From: Candidatus Bathyarchaeota archaeon
Lineage (GTDB): Archaea; Thermoproteota; Bathyarchaeia; Bathyarchaeales; Bathycorpusculaceae
DNA length: 64,000 bases
Assembly (NCBI GenBank): GCA_963811105.1
Contig: CAWEPZ010000011.1
Span: forward strand, 448,001-512,000
Direction of reading: 5' to 3'
Under the pieces are notes generated by a model. That model saw only the letters and a program-made list of their open reading frames with translations, was not told where the DNA came from and did no database searches. A program made the translations under genes and the position numbers. Within the stretch, counting starts at the first letter, position 1, and each line of letters starts with the position of its first letter. Shown in pieces: positions 42,078-52,578 of this stretch.

Positions 42078-43061
42078 TCATGATTGTTTGCTGAATTTCT
42101 CTGACATTCTAGCTATTGCATAGAGTGTGATGGCAGTTGAAAGCATAAAGAAACCGATCAAAATAAAAGCTATCGATGCCAAAGCAATATTTGTTTGTAT
42201 CATATGCGTTACTGCATAATTCTGCATCATCCATACCCCAAAGCCTACGCCTGCAAGTAAAAAGAATAAACTAGGGATGCCTAACATAACTAGCGGTCTC
42301 TCTTCAACGATTAGGCGAATCAAAAACCACATGACACCCATACCGTGCGTTACAGCGTCTTGGCTCGAAGTGCTCCCCTTTGTATTGTATTTACAAGTGC
42401 TAGGAACCTCGACAATACGCAAATCAGTTTTGCTGGCGTTAAGCAAGATCTCAACGCTGGCACCCATGCCAGCCTCAAAAAAGTTAAGGCAATCCAACGC
42501 TACATGACTATAAGCTCTAAACCCACTTTGAGAGTCAGTAACCCCGTTCTTTGCTGATCCATTAACAATTTTAGTAATTAGTTTAGCACCAAATTGTCTA
42601 TAGAGTGGCATCTCTGCGGTTCCATCTTTATTGACAAAGCGACTGCCGATAACCACATCTGCCTCTCCTTCAATTATTGGTTTAATAACAATAGGAATCT
42701 CTCTTGGCTCGTGTTGTCCATCGGCATCTAATGTAACAAAAACGTCCGCGTTTAATTTATTAGCGCAGAGAAATAGACTCTTAAGAGAAGCGCCATAACC
42801 CTCATTTTCTTCATGTCTAACTACTATGGCGCCTAAACCTTCTGCAATCTTAGCGGTATAGTCGGTGGAGCCATCATCGCAAACAATAACCTTACTTGCG
42901 AACTTTTGCGCTTCTAAAACAACTCGTGCTATAGTTTGCTCTTCATTGAAGGCTGGGAAACCAACGACAACAAATGGTTTTGCCTTAGTTAAGGCGACTA
43001 CTTCAACAGCTTCAATTTCTACCATTATCCTTTCCTTCCTTGCCAGCCTACTTTTGCCCAA
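42078..43061 (-). CDS. GT2 glycosyltransferase (Dol-P-sugar synthase-like, two C-terminal TMs)
   Basis: PAFNEE, DDGSTD, LDADGQH, VIGSRF, DSQSGFRAY. Confidence 0.9.
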   Translation of the reverse strand: MGKSRLARKERIMVEIEAVEVVALTKAKPFVVVGFPAFNEEQTIARVVLEAQKFASKVIVCDDGSTDYTAKIAEGLGAIVVRHEENEGYGASLKSLFLCANKLNADVFVTLDADGQHEPREIPIVIKPIIEGEADVVIGSRFVNKDGTAEMPLYRQFGAKLITKIVNGSAKNGVTDSQSGFRAYSHVALDCLNFFEAGMGASVEILLNASKTDLRIVEVPSTCKYNTKGSTSSQDAVTHGMGVMWFLIRLIVEERPLVMLGIPSLFFLLAGVGFGVWMMQNYAVTHMIQTNIALASIAFILIGFFMLSTAITLYAIARMSEKFSKQS

Positions 43062-43136
43062 CGTTTAATGTATTGCCCAATTTAAAAAGACTATGTCAAA
43101 TAAGAGTTCTTTTCATCTTTTTCGTACAAATCGGCA

Positions 43137-44090
43137 TCACGTGAATTCATTACTATGTAATAACCTTTCTTTCAGCAAAATGCGCAAGCCAGCTTTCAAT
43201 GAAACCGTCGGTCTGTAACCTAAGAGTTTCTTAGCTTTTGAAATATCCGCATAACTATCTTTAATATCTCCCGCTCGAATATTCTCATGACGGATTTCCA
43301 AGTCCACGCCGGTTAATTCTAGAATTGTTTTAGCCAAGTCGTTAATGGAAGTGGGCTTACCAGAGCCAACGTTAAAAACTTCGCTCACGGCCTCCTTAGT
43401 TGTTATAGAAGCTAGAACAGCTTCAGCGATATCTTTCACATTTACAAAATCTCTGGTTTGCGAACCATCGCCATAAATTACAAGCGGTAACTGTTGTTTA
43501 GTAAATTCTATGAAACGCGTTATTACTCCACTATAATCATTCATGCCCTGCCTAGGCCCGTAAACATTAAAGAAACGCAGAACAACTGACTCCAAAAGTT
43601 TTCGCTCATTAAAGCCTAAACAATAACGCTCAACAATAAGTTTAGATTCAGCATATGGCGAAATCGGGCTGGTCGGAGCTTCTTCATTTACAGGTAGAAA
43701 TTCAGGGTCACCATTCACCGCGCAACTGGAAGCGAAAACAAATCTGTCAACTCGCTTCTCAATGCATGATCGAAGCAGATTCAAGGTTCCTAGAAGATTG
43801 ACGTCAAAAGTTAAATCAGGATTCTTGACCGACAAAGGCACACTTGTAACTGCTGCCAGATGAATTACTACATCAATGTCTTTAACGATTTTTTTGACGA
43901 GCGAAGCGTCACGAATGTCGCCTTTAACAAAATCCACTTTGCCTGAACTTACATGTCCTCGAATATTGTCTAGCTTGCCGGTGGATAAGTCATCAATGAT
44001 TCTTACAGCATAGCAGTCTTTAACTAATCGATCAACCACGTGGCTACCAATAAATCCAGCGCCGCCAGTTACCAAAACTCTTTTTGCCAT
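43137..44090 (-). CDS. UDP-sugar 4-epimerase-like SDR
   Basis: VTGGAGFIGSH, HLAA, PISPYAESK, LRFFNVYGPRQ, GDGSQTRDF. Confidence 0.92.
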   Translation of the reverse strand: MAKRVLVTGGAGFIGSHVVDRLVKDCYAVRIIDDLSTGKLDNIRGHVSSGKVDFVKGDIRDASLVKKIVKDIDVVIHLAAVTSVPLSVKNPDLTFDVNLLGTLNLLRSCIEKRVDRFVFASSCAVNGDPEFLPVNEEAPTSPISPYAESKLIVERYCLGFNERKLLESVVLRFFNVYGPRQGMNDYSGVITRFIEFTKQQLPLVIYGDGSQTRDFVNVKDIAEAVLASITTKEAVSEVFNVGSGKPTSINDLAKTILELTGVDLEIRHENIRAGDIKDSYADISKAKKLLGYRPTVSLKAGLRILLKERLLHSNEFT

Positions 44091-44122
44091 ACTAATTAAT
44101 TACCGATTAAATATTTCATGAA

Positions 44123-44485
44123 TCATCTGTTTGTGTGCAATACTGCTAAGAAAAAAGCAAACGATAAGTCGGTACGCCAATTTTTCGCGGACATGTTGCC
44201 CCATTTTTGAGCCGTTAAACTATTTTTTTCCGCAAGAGGGCGACCTATCAATCTTAAAGATTTCAAGACGCTACTTTCTAATAACCCTTCCAACTTACCC
44301 ACGACAGCGAAGATACTTTTAGCTAAATGTGCACTACGTATGTTTTCTGACACTTTTATCGTTAAATCAACAAGCACTCTGTCAATCCTAGGCAAAGCTC
44401 TAAACCATACACCCGCGCGCATGGCTTTACTCTTAAGTTTAATCAATTGACTTCTATTAAGGAAGCTGGAAGAACTATCTTGCAT
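44123..44485 (-). CDS. Hypothetical basic protein
   Basis: ATG ORF in operon direction; K.KA.R.GVWFR.L.R.DR.L.DLTI pattern recalled from TACK-group archaea. Confidence 0.65.
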   Translation of the reverse strand: MQDSSSSFLNRSQLIKLKSKAMRAGVWFRALPRIDRVLVDLTIKVSENIRSAHLAKSIFAVVGKLEGLLESSVLKSLRLIGRPLAEKNSLTAQKWGNMSAKNWRTDLSFAFFLAVLHTNR

Positions 44486-44789
44486 TAGTTAGCCCACTAC
44501 GTTAAATCAAAGTATTATCCACATGGTTATACCTAAAAAGACTTTTGGTAAGCAGCAAAAAAACTAACAAACAATGTCAGCAAGCAACTTTCGTCCATTA
44601 TTTTGTCAATTATTAATTAATAAAAAGAGCAAATAAACTACCTGGTTTAAAGAAAAATTATTTTTAGTTCATTTCAGTAGAAAATTTGGATATGAAAATA
44701 CTGCAGGAAAAAGCGATAGGAATAAGCTTTAATCGTTTGGCAGAGTCTCAATTTAGAAACATGCTTGTTTCATGAGACATGAGATTAAA

Positions 44790-45620
44790 CTAACTGTTGT
44801 TCTTTGCATAAACCATAGACATGTCAGATTTAGGTAGCTTCAAGGTTTTAACGCTAAAACCATTTCGGGACAGATAAGAAGTAAGTTTTGAAGTTATCGT
44901 TTCTGTGTGAGATTCCATCGAGATCCTGTCAATTCTAGAAAAGTATTCTGTAGGAAGATTAAGCAACATATCCAATTCTTCCCCTTCAACATCTATTTTA
45001 AGAAAATCGATTTTCAAAAGATTGTTCGAGTCCATTATTTCCTTCAAGGTGATCGTACGTACAATGATATCATTATCATTTTCCTTGCTTATCCGCCCTA
45101 GTCCTTGAGCATCCATACTGAAGTTTAGGTTACCAGAAATTCCTCCAACTGCAAATTGAAAGGTTTTTACGCAATCTGTAACATTATTGATGGAGACATT
45201 TTCCAAAAGTAATTCGAAATTATCGGGGCGCGGTTCGTAGCTGTAAATGCTGCAATTTGCAGATTTAGCTGAAAAAACGGTAAAAACCCCTATATGAGCA
45301 CCAATGTCCACGACTACATCGCCATCTTTTATTATAAAATCAGAGTTCGGAAAATACGCCCGTTCTAGAAAAATTTCGTCGATTATATACCTATCAAACT
45401 TAAAAGGGCGCACAACGAAGGTAATGCCGTTTTTCAGTTTATACCTGAAATGCATACCTAAACTTTTTTTTCGAACGACAGGTAAGCGAAACCCGACTAA
45501 ATCTATTATGTACTTGGGAAGCGAGCTAACGCTGTAAAGTCTAATCCTATTCACCAACTCAGGTAAAAACTGTTTAATTATAAGCCATTTACTATGGCCG
45601 TTGTATACTGAGCAAACCAT
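44790..45620 (-). CDS. FkbM-family methyltransferase
   Basis: VVDIGAHIGVF, YEPRPDNF, IDFLKIDVEGEE, MESH. Confidence 0.9.
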   Translation of the reverse strand: MVCSVYNGHSKWLIIKQFLPELVNRIRLYSVSSLPKYIIDLVGFRLPVVRKKSLGMHFRYKLKNGITFVVRPFKFDRYIIDEIFLERAYFPNSDFIIKDGDVVVDIGAHIGVFTVFSAKSANCSIYSYEPRPDNFELLLENVSINNVTDCVKTFQFAVGGISGNLNFSMDAQGLGRISKENDNDIIVRTITLKEIMDSNNLLKIDFLKIDVEGEELDMLLNLPTEYFSRIDRISMESHTETITSKLTSYLSRNGFSVKTLKLPKSDMSMVYAKNNS

Positions 45621-45684
45621 GAAATATGGTAGTTCAGATTTAGGCTTTAACTATTTCCATAACCCTCCAAGAAATGTTCGAGGC

Positions 45685-48462
45685 TCAGCGTTTCTTAAGC
45701 TTATTCATGATCTGAAGCATGCGGCCTCTGCTAACGTATGCTAAAAGTATTAGAAGCGTTATTGCAGAGGCAACCGATATTGCTGCTGCGTAGTAGAACC
45801 AAGTTTGAGGCTTGTATTCGAACATGATTTGGAATTGTCCTGTCTTGTTGATATTGTAGCCTTGAAATCCAAGATAAAGTGGAGTAGGACTAATTTGTTG
45901 GCCATTCACATTGGCGACCCAATAATTATCGAAGGCCTCAGTGGTTGCCAAAACAAAGGGGTGGTTTGCATTTACAGTGACTAGAATCTTGGTGGGATTC
46001 AGACGTTGCACATTCAATACTTCAGCAGTCTGATTCTGAACCGCCTGACTAAAGATGTTATCGAGCCCAGTAGTGTTCAGGGCAAAGTTTGTCCCAGTGA
46101 CCTTAACATCACCAATCCATAAAGAACATGGATATTTGTCGTCGGAGATGTCGAACCAAAGCTGTAGTTTAAAGTGATCGGTGGCCTTTGAGGGCTCAAA
46201 TGTGAAATTGATATTCCATGGGTAAATCCAACTTGAATTATGGGAACTGTAACTCGCCAGTTCAGCTATATGACTGGTTAACATAGAATTATCTTTTTCA
46301 TACTGAATTATCGTAATATTTACATTAGCAGTGGTATAAGCAAGGCCATTGACTGCAATCGTGTATAGGTTCTCATACTGTGACGACAATGAAGGAAAGT
46401 CTACTTCACACGAAGCACCTGCGACCTGAGGCAGGTCTATTCGTGCGTAGGGTCCAGATTGTTTCGGATTTGCGGATGACTTGGATCCATTAATATACAT
46501 TGATGCTTGCAAATCATTGATTGCTGTGGTGTTGCTGAAATCCCACTCTTTCTGAAAAACATTTTTGGTTTGAATTGAGATATTTGACTGCTGCAACAAT
46601 AGGGGCGTTGTCGCGTAAAACGAGGGCTTTGAGTCAGCATATTCGTAAATATCCAAATCACCAAACGCTTTTGTAAATTGAAGATACGGCTGTTTTTCAA
46701 AGAAGCCCTTCATTAGGGTGGTAGACATAATGGCGCTTTCCGATGTTAATGTTCCATCCGGCAAAGTAGTTCTGCCAGGCAAACTACTATTAACATCGTT
46801 ACGTTGCAAAATATACTTAACATTCAACAAATCAAGCAAAGCCTTAAACTCGTTAACCCTACCATAGCGGATTGCATAATTTAGTTCCTCTAATGTTGAA
46901 GCGGTCTGAGGATTAACAACATAACTATTCAAGACATCTGTTGAAACTATAGGTTTTTCAATTAACCTATCGATCAATTGGTCCGTTCCATAGTAACTAC
47001 TGTCGTTACCCCACATGTAAGGCATCTGGTAGAAATCGTCAAGAGGCGTCACGAGAACTCTCCAGTCACCTTGTTGATTATTTAGCCAGTTAGTTGCTTG
47101 GAACCAATAATCAGGAATTTGAACCCGCGATGAGAATTCAGAATTTTCAATACTAATTATGGTTTCGTTATCCAGGAGAGGATAGACCGAGGCAAGAAAA
47201 ACTAAAGCCAAAAGCACTAATGCGAAAATCTTGTAACCTCGAAAATCAACCCGCTTAAATTTAAGATTGGCGATATTGTCGCTTGCGTACCCAACTAACA
47301 AAGCTAGGAATGGCATCAATAGCAAAGTAAACTTGGAGACAGGTTCCCTGAATATAGTCATAAATGGAAGATTAAAAAGAAACTTGTTTGGTAGGCCAAA
47401 CGAATCTTGATAATGTAAACCTGTTGCAAGAAAGAGAAAACAAAGAATGACCATCATTAAATAAGCGTTAAAACGCGACTTATTGCTTCTGAAAAGTAGA
47501 GCTGTTCCTGCAACAATAAAAGGTACGAAAACCAAAATAGTCAGAACAGGCATTGAAAAATAGTTTGGCATTGAATAATATTTCCAATATGGGTAGTATT
47601 CAGGGAGCCAATTCCAATAACCATTCAGCCAAAACAAGTTTAGAAACGAGGCTCTAGATTGAGTCCACGACCAAGCCTCAATGCTGATTTTAGAAGTAAG
47701 CGTTTGAGACGGTGAAAAAACAAATGAACCCAGTACAGGAATTAACCACCACAGATTAAGTGGAAGAGTTACACCCACAGTTTTACCAAGCGACAACAAA
47801 AAGGGACGTAATTGGTTTCTGTGCTTAACTAAAAAATAAATTGCTAACGTAGCTAAACCAATGATGAGCAAAGCCACGTTTGCAGGGTTTATACTAGCAA
47901 AAGAAAAAGCCACAACCGAAACGATTGCAAAATAAATGATGTGTTTGTTGGCTGATTTCTTATTCTGTTGGTAAGTTGCTGTAATGGCAGTAAAAAATAA
48001 AGCTAGAAGTAAAGGCAGAAAAGCGTAAGTCCATATGAAGCCTACGTTGCTAAAGTCAAGAAGAACGAAGAAGTTAAAGAGATAGAAAAAGGCCGCCATA
48101 AAGGCTGATATTTTGTACATTGGGTATATTTTTTTGGTCAAATAGAACATTGAAAAGCCAGCTACTAGAAACAGAAGTATCTTCATTGCAATCTGAATTA
48201 AGCTTAGGCTGAGCCCTGTTGAGCTTAAGAAAGCACCTAAATACTGGTACAGAAGGTAGGCAGGCGCAGGAGTTGCGTACCCAAGGTAGTCAGTAGACCA
48301 TAAGTATGGTCCAGCTGCGAAAACTTTGTGGGCATTTAAGTATAGTGGAAAATCATCGCCATATGCTAAGATGTATCCTTGTCTGAACCAGAGAAGCGGA
48401 AATAACCCTGCAATAAAAAGAATGGCAATTTCGATTATAGTTATCTTTTGAGATTTGTCCAA
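45685..48462 (-). CDS. GT-C-like membrane glycosyltransferase (AftD/YfhO-like)
   Basis: AYGDD loop, NLWWLIP, FREPVSKF, IPDYW, LNVKYILQRND, F...W.A...G module and final TM. Confidence 0.7.
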   Translation of the reverse strand: MDKSQKITIIEIAILFIAGLFPLLWFRQGYILAYGDDFPLYLNAHKVFAAGPYLWSTDYLGYATPAPAYLLYQYLGAFLSSTGLSLSLIQIAMKILLFLVAGFSMFYLTKKIYPMYKISAFMAAFFYLFNFFVLLDFSNVGFIWTYAFLPLLLALFFTAITATYQQNKKSANKHIIYFAIVSVVAFSFASINPANVALLIIGLATLAIYFLVKHRNQLRPFLLSLGKTVGVTLPLNLWWLIPVLGSFVFSPSQTLTSKISIEAWSWTQSRASFLNLFWLNGYWNWLPEYYPYWKYYSMPNYFSMPVLTILVFVPFIVAGTALLFRSNKSRFNAYLMMVILCFLFLATGLHYQDSFGLPNKFLFNLPFMTIFREPVSKFTLLLMPFLALLVGYASDNIANLKFKRVDFRGYKIFALVLLALVFLASVYPLLDNETIISIENSEFSSRVQIPDYWFQATNWLNNQQGDWRVLVTPLDDFYQMPYMWGNDSSYYGTDQLIDRLIEKPIVSTDVLNSYVVNPQTASTLEELNYAIRYGRVNEFKALLDLLNVKYILQRNDVNSSLPGRTTLPDGTLTSESAIMSTTLMKGFFEKQPYLQFTKAFGDLDIYEYADSKPSFYATTPLLLQQSNISIQTKNVFQKEWDFSNTTAINDLQASMYINGSKSSANPKQSGPYARIDLPQVAGASCEVDFPSLSSQYENLYTIAVNGLAYTTANVNITIIQYEKDNSMLTSHIAELASYSSHNSSWIYPWNINFTFEPSKATDHFKLQLWFDISDDKYPCSLWIGDVKVTGTNFALNTTGLDNIFSQAVQNQTAEVLNVQRLNPTKILVTVNANHPFVLATTEAFDNYWVANVNGQQISPTPLYLGFQGYNINKTGQFQIMFEYKPQTWFYYAAAISVASAITLLILLAYVSRGRMLQIMNKLKKR

Positions 48463-48584
48463 AGGGTTATCCTCGGGTCATCTTTAATAAGGATTATAAT
48501 TGATGAATCCTGATAATAATTAAAACTTGCCTTTGAGGGAGTTTCAATTGCTGTCTTTTTAATTAGCCAAACAACTCGCGATTT

Positions 48585-49184
48585 TTACTTTGACGAAATT
48601 TCGATTTGAATATGCCATGGCTTAGGGAATTTTCTCGTCATCAAAGAATTTTTTATCGATTGAAAATCAAACGTATAGTATTTTGATTTTGCTTTAAATT
48701 GAAATAGTATTGCTTTCCAGTCCCCTGGATACATCAGTCTTTCGTTGCCGAAGGATTGCTCAGGAAAGTTAATTGAAGGAACGCTGAACAAAATTTTGCC
48801 TTTGACGGCTTTCTTAGTATCTAAAACGATGTCCTGTATAGTTTTGTTATCTAGGTGTTCAAGCAACCCCTGTGAAAAACTCAGCCCAAAAGATCCATTC
48901 TTAAAAGGGAGATAACGGGCATCTGCAACTACAAAGGTTACATCTTTAGAATTATAATATCGTGAAACCTTAGAAGCCATTTTTATAACTCTTGAATCAC
49001 AATCAATCGAAACTACCTTAAGCCCAAAATAACTAACAAAGCAACTTTGTAAACCGGTTCCGCTACCAATTTCGAGTGCTCTCTTTCTTAGCCCTAACAA
49101 AATACAATATAACAAAAACTGAAGATGAGCAAATACATCTTTCAATATACTAAAAGACCACTTGTCATACTCGCTCCAAGACAT
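48585..49184 (-). CDS. Class I SAM-dependent methyltransferase
   Basis: LEIGSGTG, ADARYLPF, SQGLLEH. Confidence 0.88.
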   Translation of the reverse strand: MSWSEYDKWSFSILKDVFAHLQFLLYCILLGLRKRALEIGSGTGLQSCFVSYFGLKVVSIDCDSRVIKMASKVSRYYNSKDVTFVVADARYLPFKNGSFGLSFSQGLLEHLDNKTIQDIVLDTKKAVKGKILFSVPSINFPEQSFGNERLMYPGDWKAILFQFKAKSKYYTFDFQSIKNSLMTRKFPKPWHIQIEISSK

Positions 49185-49242
49185 GGATTGAACCTATGCC
49201 GCCTGGAATATATTAAGAATTCCAAGATCGCAGATTCGATAT

Positions 49243-50328
49243 CTAAACGAATCTGTTTAGTAGATTTTGGAGGTCCTTTCCGCTAGCACTAATCGAGAAT
49301 TTTCTAATAGCAGAGTTTCTTAGATCTTGAAAAGACATTTCTTCAGAGCTCAACGCATCGTGAAGTATATCTAAAAATTCCGCTTCGTTATTAGCTAGCC
49401 AACCTGTTCTTTCATCAACTGTTTCTTGGAAGCCCATACAATTAAATGCCACGACAGGAGTTCCACAAGCCATAGACTCTACCGGAACGAAACCAAATTG
49501 TTCCCATTTCTGAGGGCAGACTGTTAATTTGCTTTTGGAATATAATCTCGCTAGCTCTATGTCAGACAACTTTGGGTGATAGGAAACCTCGTTTTCTCCC
49601 TTGCTCACCAGTTCCTTAGCCATTTTAGCGTTTCCAAAAAGGTTCACAAGAAAACCGTCTACTTGAGCAAGTTTAATTATTTTTTCTGCGAAATCTTTTC
49701 TAGTATCGCCTAAATGAGAACCTAAATACACCGTAATCTCATTCCGCTCCTTTCCAATTGTGGGCTTGAAGATCTCTTCATCTATTGGAGGATAGACCAT
49801 CGAGCTAACCTCGACATTGTATAACACATGCAACAAGGAAGCCGTTATCTTGCTATTGGCAACAACTAAATCGCAAGCAGCAAGCAATTTAGCGTACCTT
49901 TCACTAAAGAAAAAAAAAGGAACATACCGCAAAAAACCATACAACGCCCTTTGTTTAAAGGTCAAAGAACTCATATCAAAACAATTTGCGATGGCATGAG
50001 AGCCGTATAGAACCTGCACATAAGAGATTGATTTCACCCTAATCGCTCTCTTGACATTGGCCAATAATCTTAATCTCTTTAAATCATCATCCGCAAAACA
50101 AAATTTGGGATTAATTCTTTTCACTTCTTCAATAACGCTATCTTTACTTCTGCAAACTGTAACTTCAAAACCGCTTTTTTCAAAAAAATCCGACAAAACG
50201 TCACTGCAGTTAACCAATAAAAAAGAAATCTCATACTTGCTTTTCAAACCCTTTGCAAAGTTGAAAAATGGCCGAACCACACCCTCATGAGGCTTGTCCT
50301 GGTCAGCGATTAGGAAAGTAATATCCAA
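49243..50328 (-). CDS. Glycosyltransferase family 4
   Basis: VANSK, VYPPID, EQFGFVPVESMACGTPVVA. Confidence 0.9.
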   Translation of the reverse strand: MDITFLIADQDKPHEGVVRPFFNFAKGLKSKYEISFLLVNCSDVLSDFFEKSGFEVTVCRSKDSVIEEVKRINPKFCFADDDLKRLRLLANVKRAIRVKSISYVQVLYGSHAIANCFDMSSLTFKQRALYGFLRYVPFFFFSERYAKLLAACDLVVANSKITASLLHVLYNVEVSSMVYPPIDEEIFKPTIGKERNEITVYLGSHLGDTRKDFAEKIIKLAQVDGFLVNLFGNAKMAKELVSKGENEVSYHPKLSDIELARLYSKSKLTVCPQKWEQFGFVPVESMACGTPVVAFNCMGFQETVDERTGWLANNEAEFLDILHDALSSEEMSFQDLRNSAIRKFSISASGKDLQNLLNRFV

Positions 50329-50333
50329 GTTTC

Positions 50334-51425
50334 TTAATCCAACTCTAACTTTTCTATAAACTCTTTAGCTGTCTTATCCCAATTAAATCCTTTCGCATAC
50401 CGCAAAGCATTAAAGCTGAGCGTTTGCCTCTTATGGGAATCTGCAAGAACAGTTAGAACTTTTTCTGCGAGGCCCTCAACATTGCCACTTTCAGCCAACA
50501 GTCCAGTCTCATTATTTATAACGCTATCCCTCAACCCATGTACATCATAAGCCACACAGGGCACACCAAGAGCATTAGCCTCAACAATATTCAAACCCCA
50601 ACCTTCACGTAAACCAGGATTAACCAAAATCCAACTCTTGGCAATCAAATCACGGCGATCCTCATTCGATAAGTTGCCAAAAAATTTAACGTTAGAACCA
50701 GCTATTCTTTCAAGCTTTTCCTTAAACGGACCATCACCCAAAACCCACAGCTTAGCGTTGGGTAACTTCTTCCTGACAATCTTAAACGCCTTAACCACAT
50801 GGTCAGGCCGCTTAGCACGCTTCAAACGCCCAGCATACACGACAACTGGCTCTGAACTCTTTTCAGGGATATCAGACAGGGGCTCAAAATTCAAACCCTG
50901 ATGAACGACGGAAACATGCTTAAACCCCAAACTTATTAAGTCCGTTCGAGTGCTTTCAGACACTGTCACAGTCGGAACATCGACATAATTTTTTAGCCAT
51001 CGGTTTTCAAGAAAATAATAGCCAAGATAACTTACTGGAAAAGGAGTTTCATAAAACCAAAATTCACGAGCCAACTGGTGAATCAAAGCAACCACTTTCT
51101 CACCATTCAACGCAAACTTCTGCGCAAAAAAAGGCCTAGTGTTAATTTCGTCTATGATTGTGTCAAAATGTTCAGCTTTGAAACGCTTCAAATACGCTTT
51201 TTTGGCTTGACCATAAACAGAAAAACGACCGCCGCCTCTAACAATTTTGACCCCATCTAAAACCTCCTCCTCTTTACATCCAGGAAATTCAGAAGTAAAC
51301 AATGTCACATCATGCCCAAGGCTTACCCAGCGCTTCGCCACCTCATGGGTAAAAACCTCTGCCCCACCCATCTCAGGATTAAGCCAGCAGCGCCAATTAA
51401 ACCAGAGTATCTTAGAACCCGTCAT
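50334..51425 (-). CDS. Glycosyltransferase family 4
   Basis: GGAEV, YAGRL...KR, EGWGLNIVEANALGVP. Confidence 0.92.
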   Translation of the reverse strand: MTGSKILWFNWRCWLNPEMGGAEVFTHEVAKRWVSLGHDVTLFTSEFPGCKEEEVLDGVKIVRGGGRFSVYGQAKKAYLKRFKAEHFDTIIDEINTRPFFAQKFALNGEKVVALIHQLAREFWFYETPFPVSYLGYYFLENRWLKNYVDVPTVTVSESTRTDLISLGFKHVSVVHQGLNFEPLSDIPEKSSEPVVVYAGRLKRAKRPDHVVKAFKIVRKKLPNAKLWVLGDGPFKEKLERIAGSNVKFFGNLSNEDRRDLIAKSWILVNPGLREGWGLNIVEANALGVPCVAYDVHGLRDSVINNETGLLAESGNVEGLAEKVLTVLADSHKRQTLSFNALRYAKGFNWDKTAKEFIEKLELD

Positions 51426-51455
51426 CTTAATTTCACAAACAATTTTAGCAAGAGA

Positions 51456-52196
51456 CTAAATGACAGTTTCAGTCGAAATCTTATGTTGGTACCAGTGAAT
51501 AATTCTTAGCCTGTAAGCTATGCCAAGCAAATCAATAAACATTCGCCAAGCGTCTGTGGGCTTAAATGAAGCGTCTAACTTCATTTTCACAGGCATTTCC
51601 TTAATTTTTAAGCCGTAAAGATGAGCAACCGTCAATAATTCAACATCAAAAGCATAACGTTTCACTGCTAACCTTGGAAAGATTTTGTCGACAGCATTTC
51701 TATTCATTGCTTTCAAACCTACTTGAGTATCATTTAATTTGAAACCGGTTAGAATTCTAACTAATAAGTTGAAGGTTCGGCTCATCATCCTTCGACTCAA
51801 AGGTACGGAAACCAAAGATTCAGGGAGCCATTTATTTGCAATAACAATGTCAGCGTGCTCCAATGCTTTCATATATTCTGAAATTACGTTTAGGTCTATC
51901 TCCATGTCACCGTCAATAAACATGACTTTGTCACCAATGGCTTTCAAGCAACCAGTCTTAACCGCATGCCCTTTTCCCACATTCCTTTCATAACGAATAA
52001 CCTTTACATGACCATTTCTTTGAGCATAACCAAACGCCTTTGTAAACGTTTTATCACTGCTACCATCATCAACAACAACAATTTCGTACGGAAGCAGCTT
52101 ATTCTTAATAACCAAATCCAATGTGCCTAAGGTATCCTCAATGAAAACCTCTTCATTGTAAGCAGGAATTACAAACGACAATTCAACCTGACCCAT
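51456..52196 (-). CDS. GT2 dolichyl-phosphate glycosyltransferase-like
   Basis: IPAYNEE, DDGSSD, GKGHAV, FIDGD, DTQVGLK, FDVELL. Confidence 0.9.
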   Translation of the reverse strand: MGQVELSFVIPAYNEEVFIEDTLGTLDLVIKNKLLPYEIVVVDDGSSDKTFTKAFGYAQRNGHVKVIRYERNVGKGHAVKTGCLKAIGDKVMFIDGDMEIDLNVISEYMKALEHADIVIANKWLPESLVSVPLSRRMMSRTFNLLVRILTGFKLNDTQVGLKAMNRNAVDKIFPRLAVKRYAFDVELLTVAHLYGLKIKEMPVKMKLDASFKPTDAWRMFIDLLGIAYRLRIIHWYQHKISTETVI

Positions 52197-52445
52197 TTAA
52201 TGAATCTCCTTCTTGGGCATTTTCCATAAACTAAAGCTTACCAATTGTAGAATAACGCCAGCAACCAAAACAAAATATGCGCAATCTCCTATCACTTCAG
52301 CTAAAAAAGCCTGCCCAACAGCCATAAAAACTGCTGCAATCAATAAAAGCACAATGAATCCAGCAATAAGGTGCAGACTCAATTTCTCCTTCACGTATAT
52401 TTTTAACTTTGCCAGAGACCTAGTAATCAATTCTCGTTTCCACAA
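52197..52445 (-). CDS. Small two-TM membrane protein
   Basis: Two hydrophobic helices; stop abuts the GT2 start. Confidence 0.65.
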   Translation of the reverse strand: MWKRELITRSLAKLKIYVKEKLSLHLIAGFIVLLLIAAVFMAVGQAFLAEVIGDCAYFVLVAGVILQLVSFSLWKMPKKEIH

Positions 52446-52578
52446 AGGACTTTCAACGAAGCTTATAACATGATGTAGATTTAATAACTTTGCCCATATT
52501 CGACCTGCCCGTCAAATTAGTCAACACTATGTAGAATAGAAGAAAAATCAATACATCCGAAAATTGTTATTCTAACAA

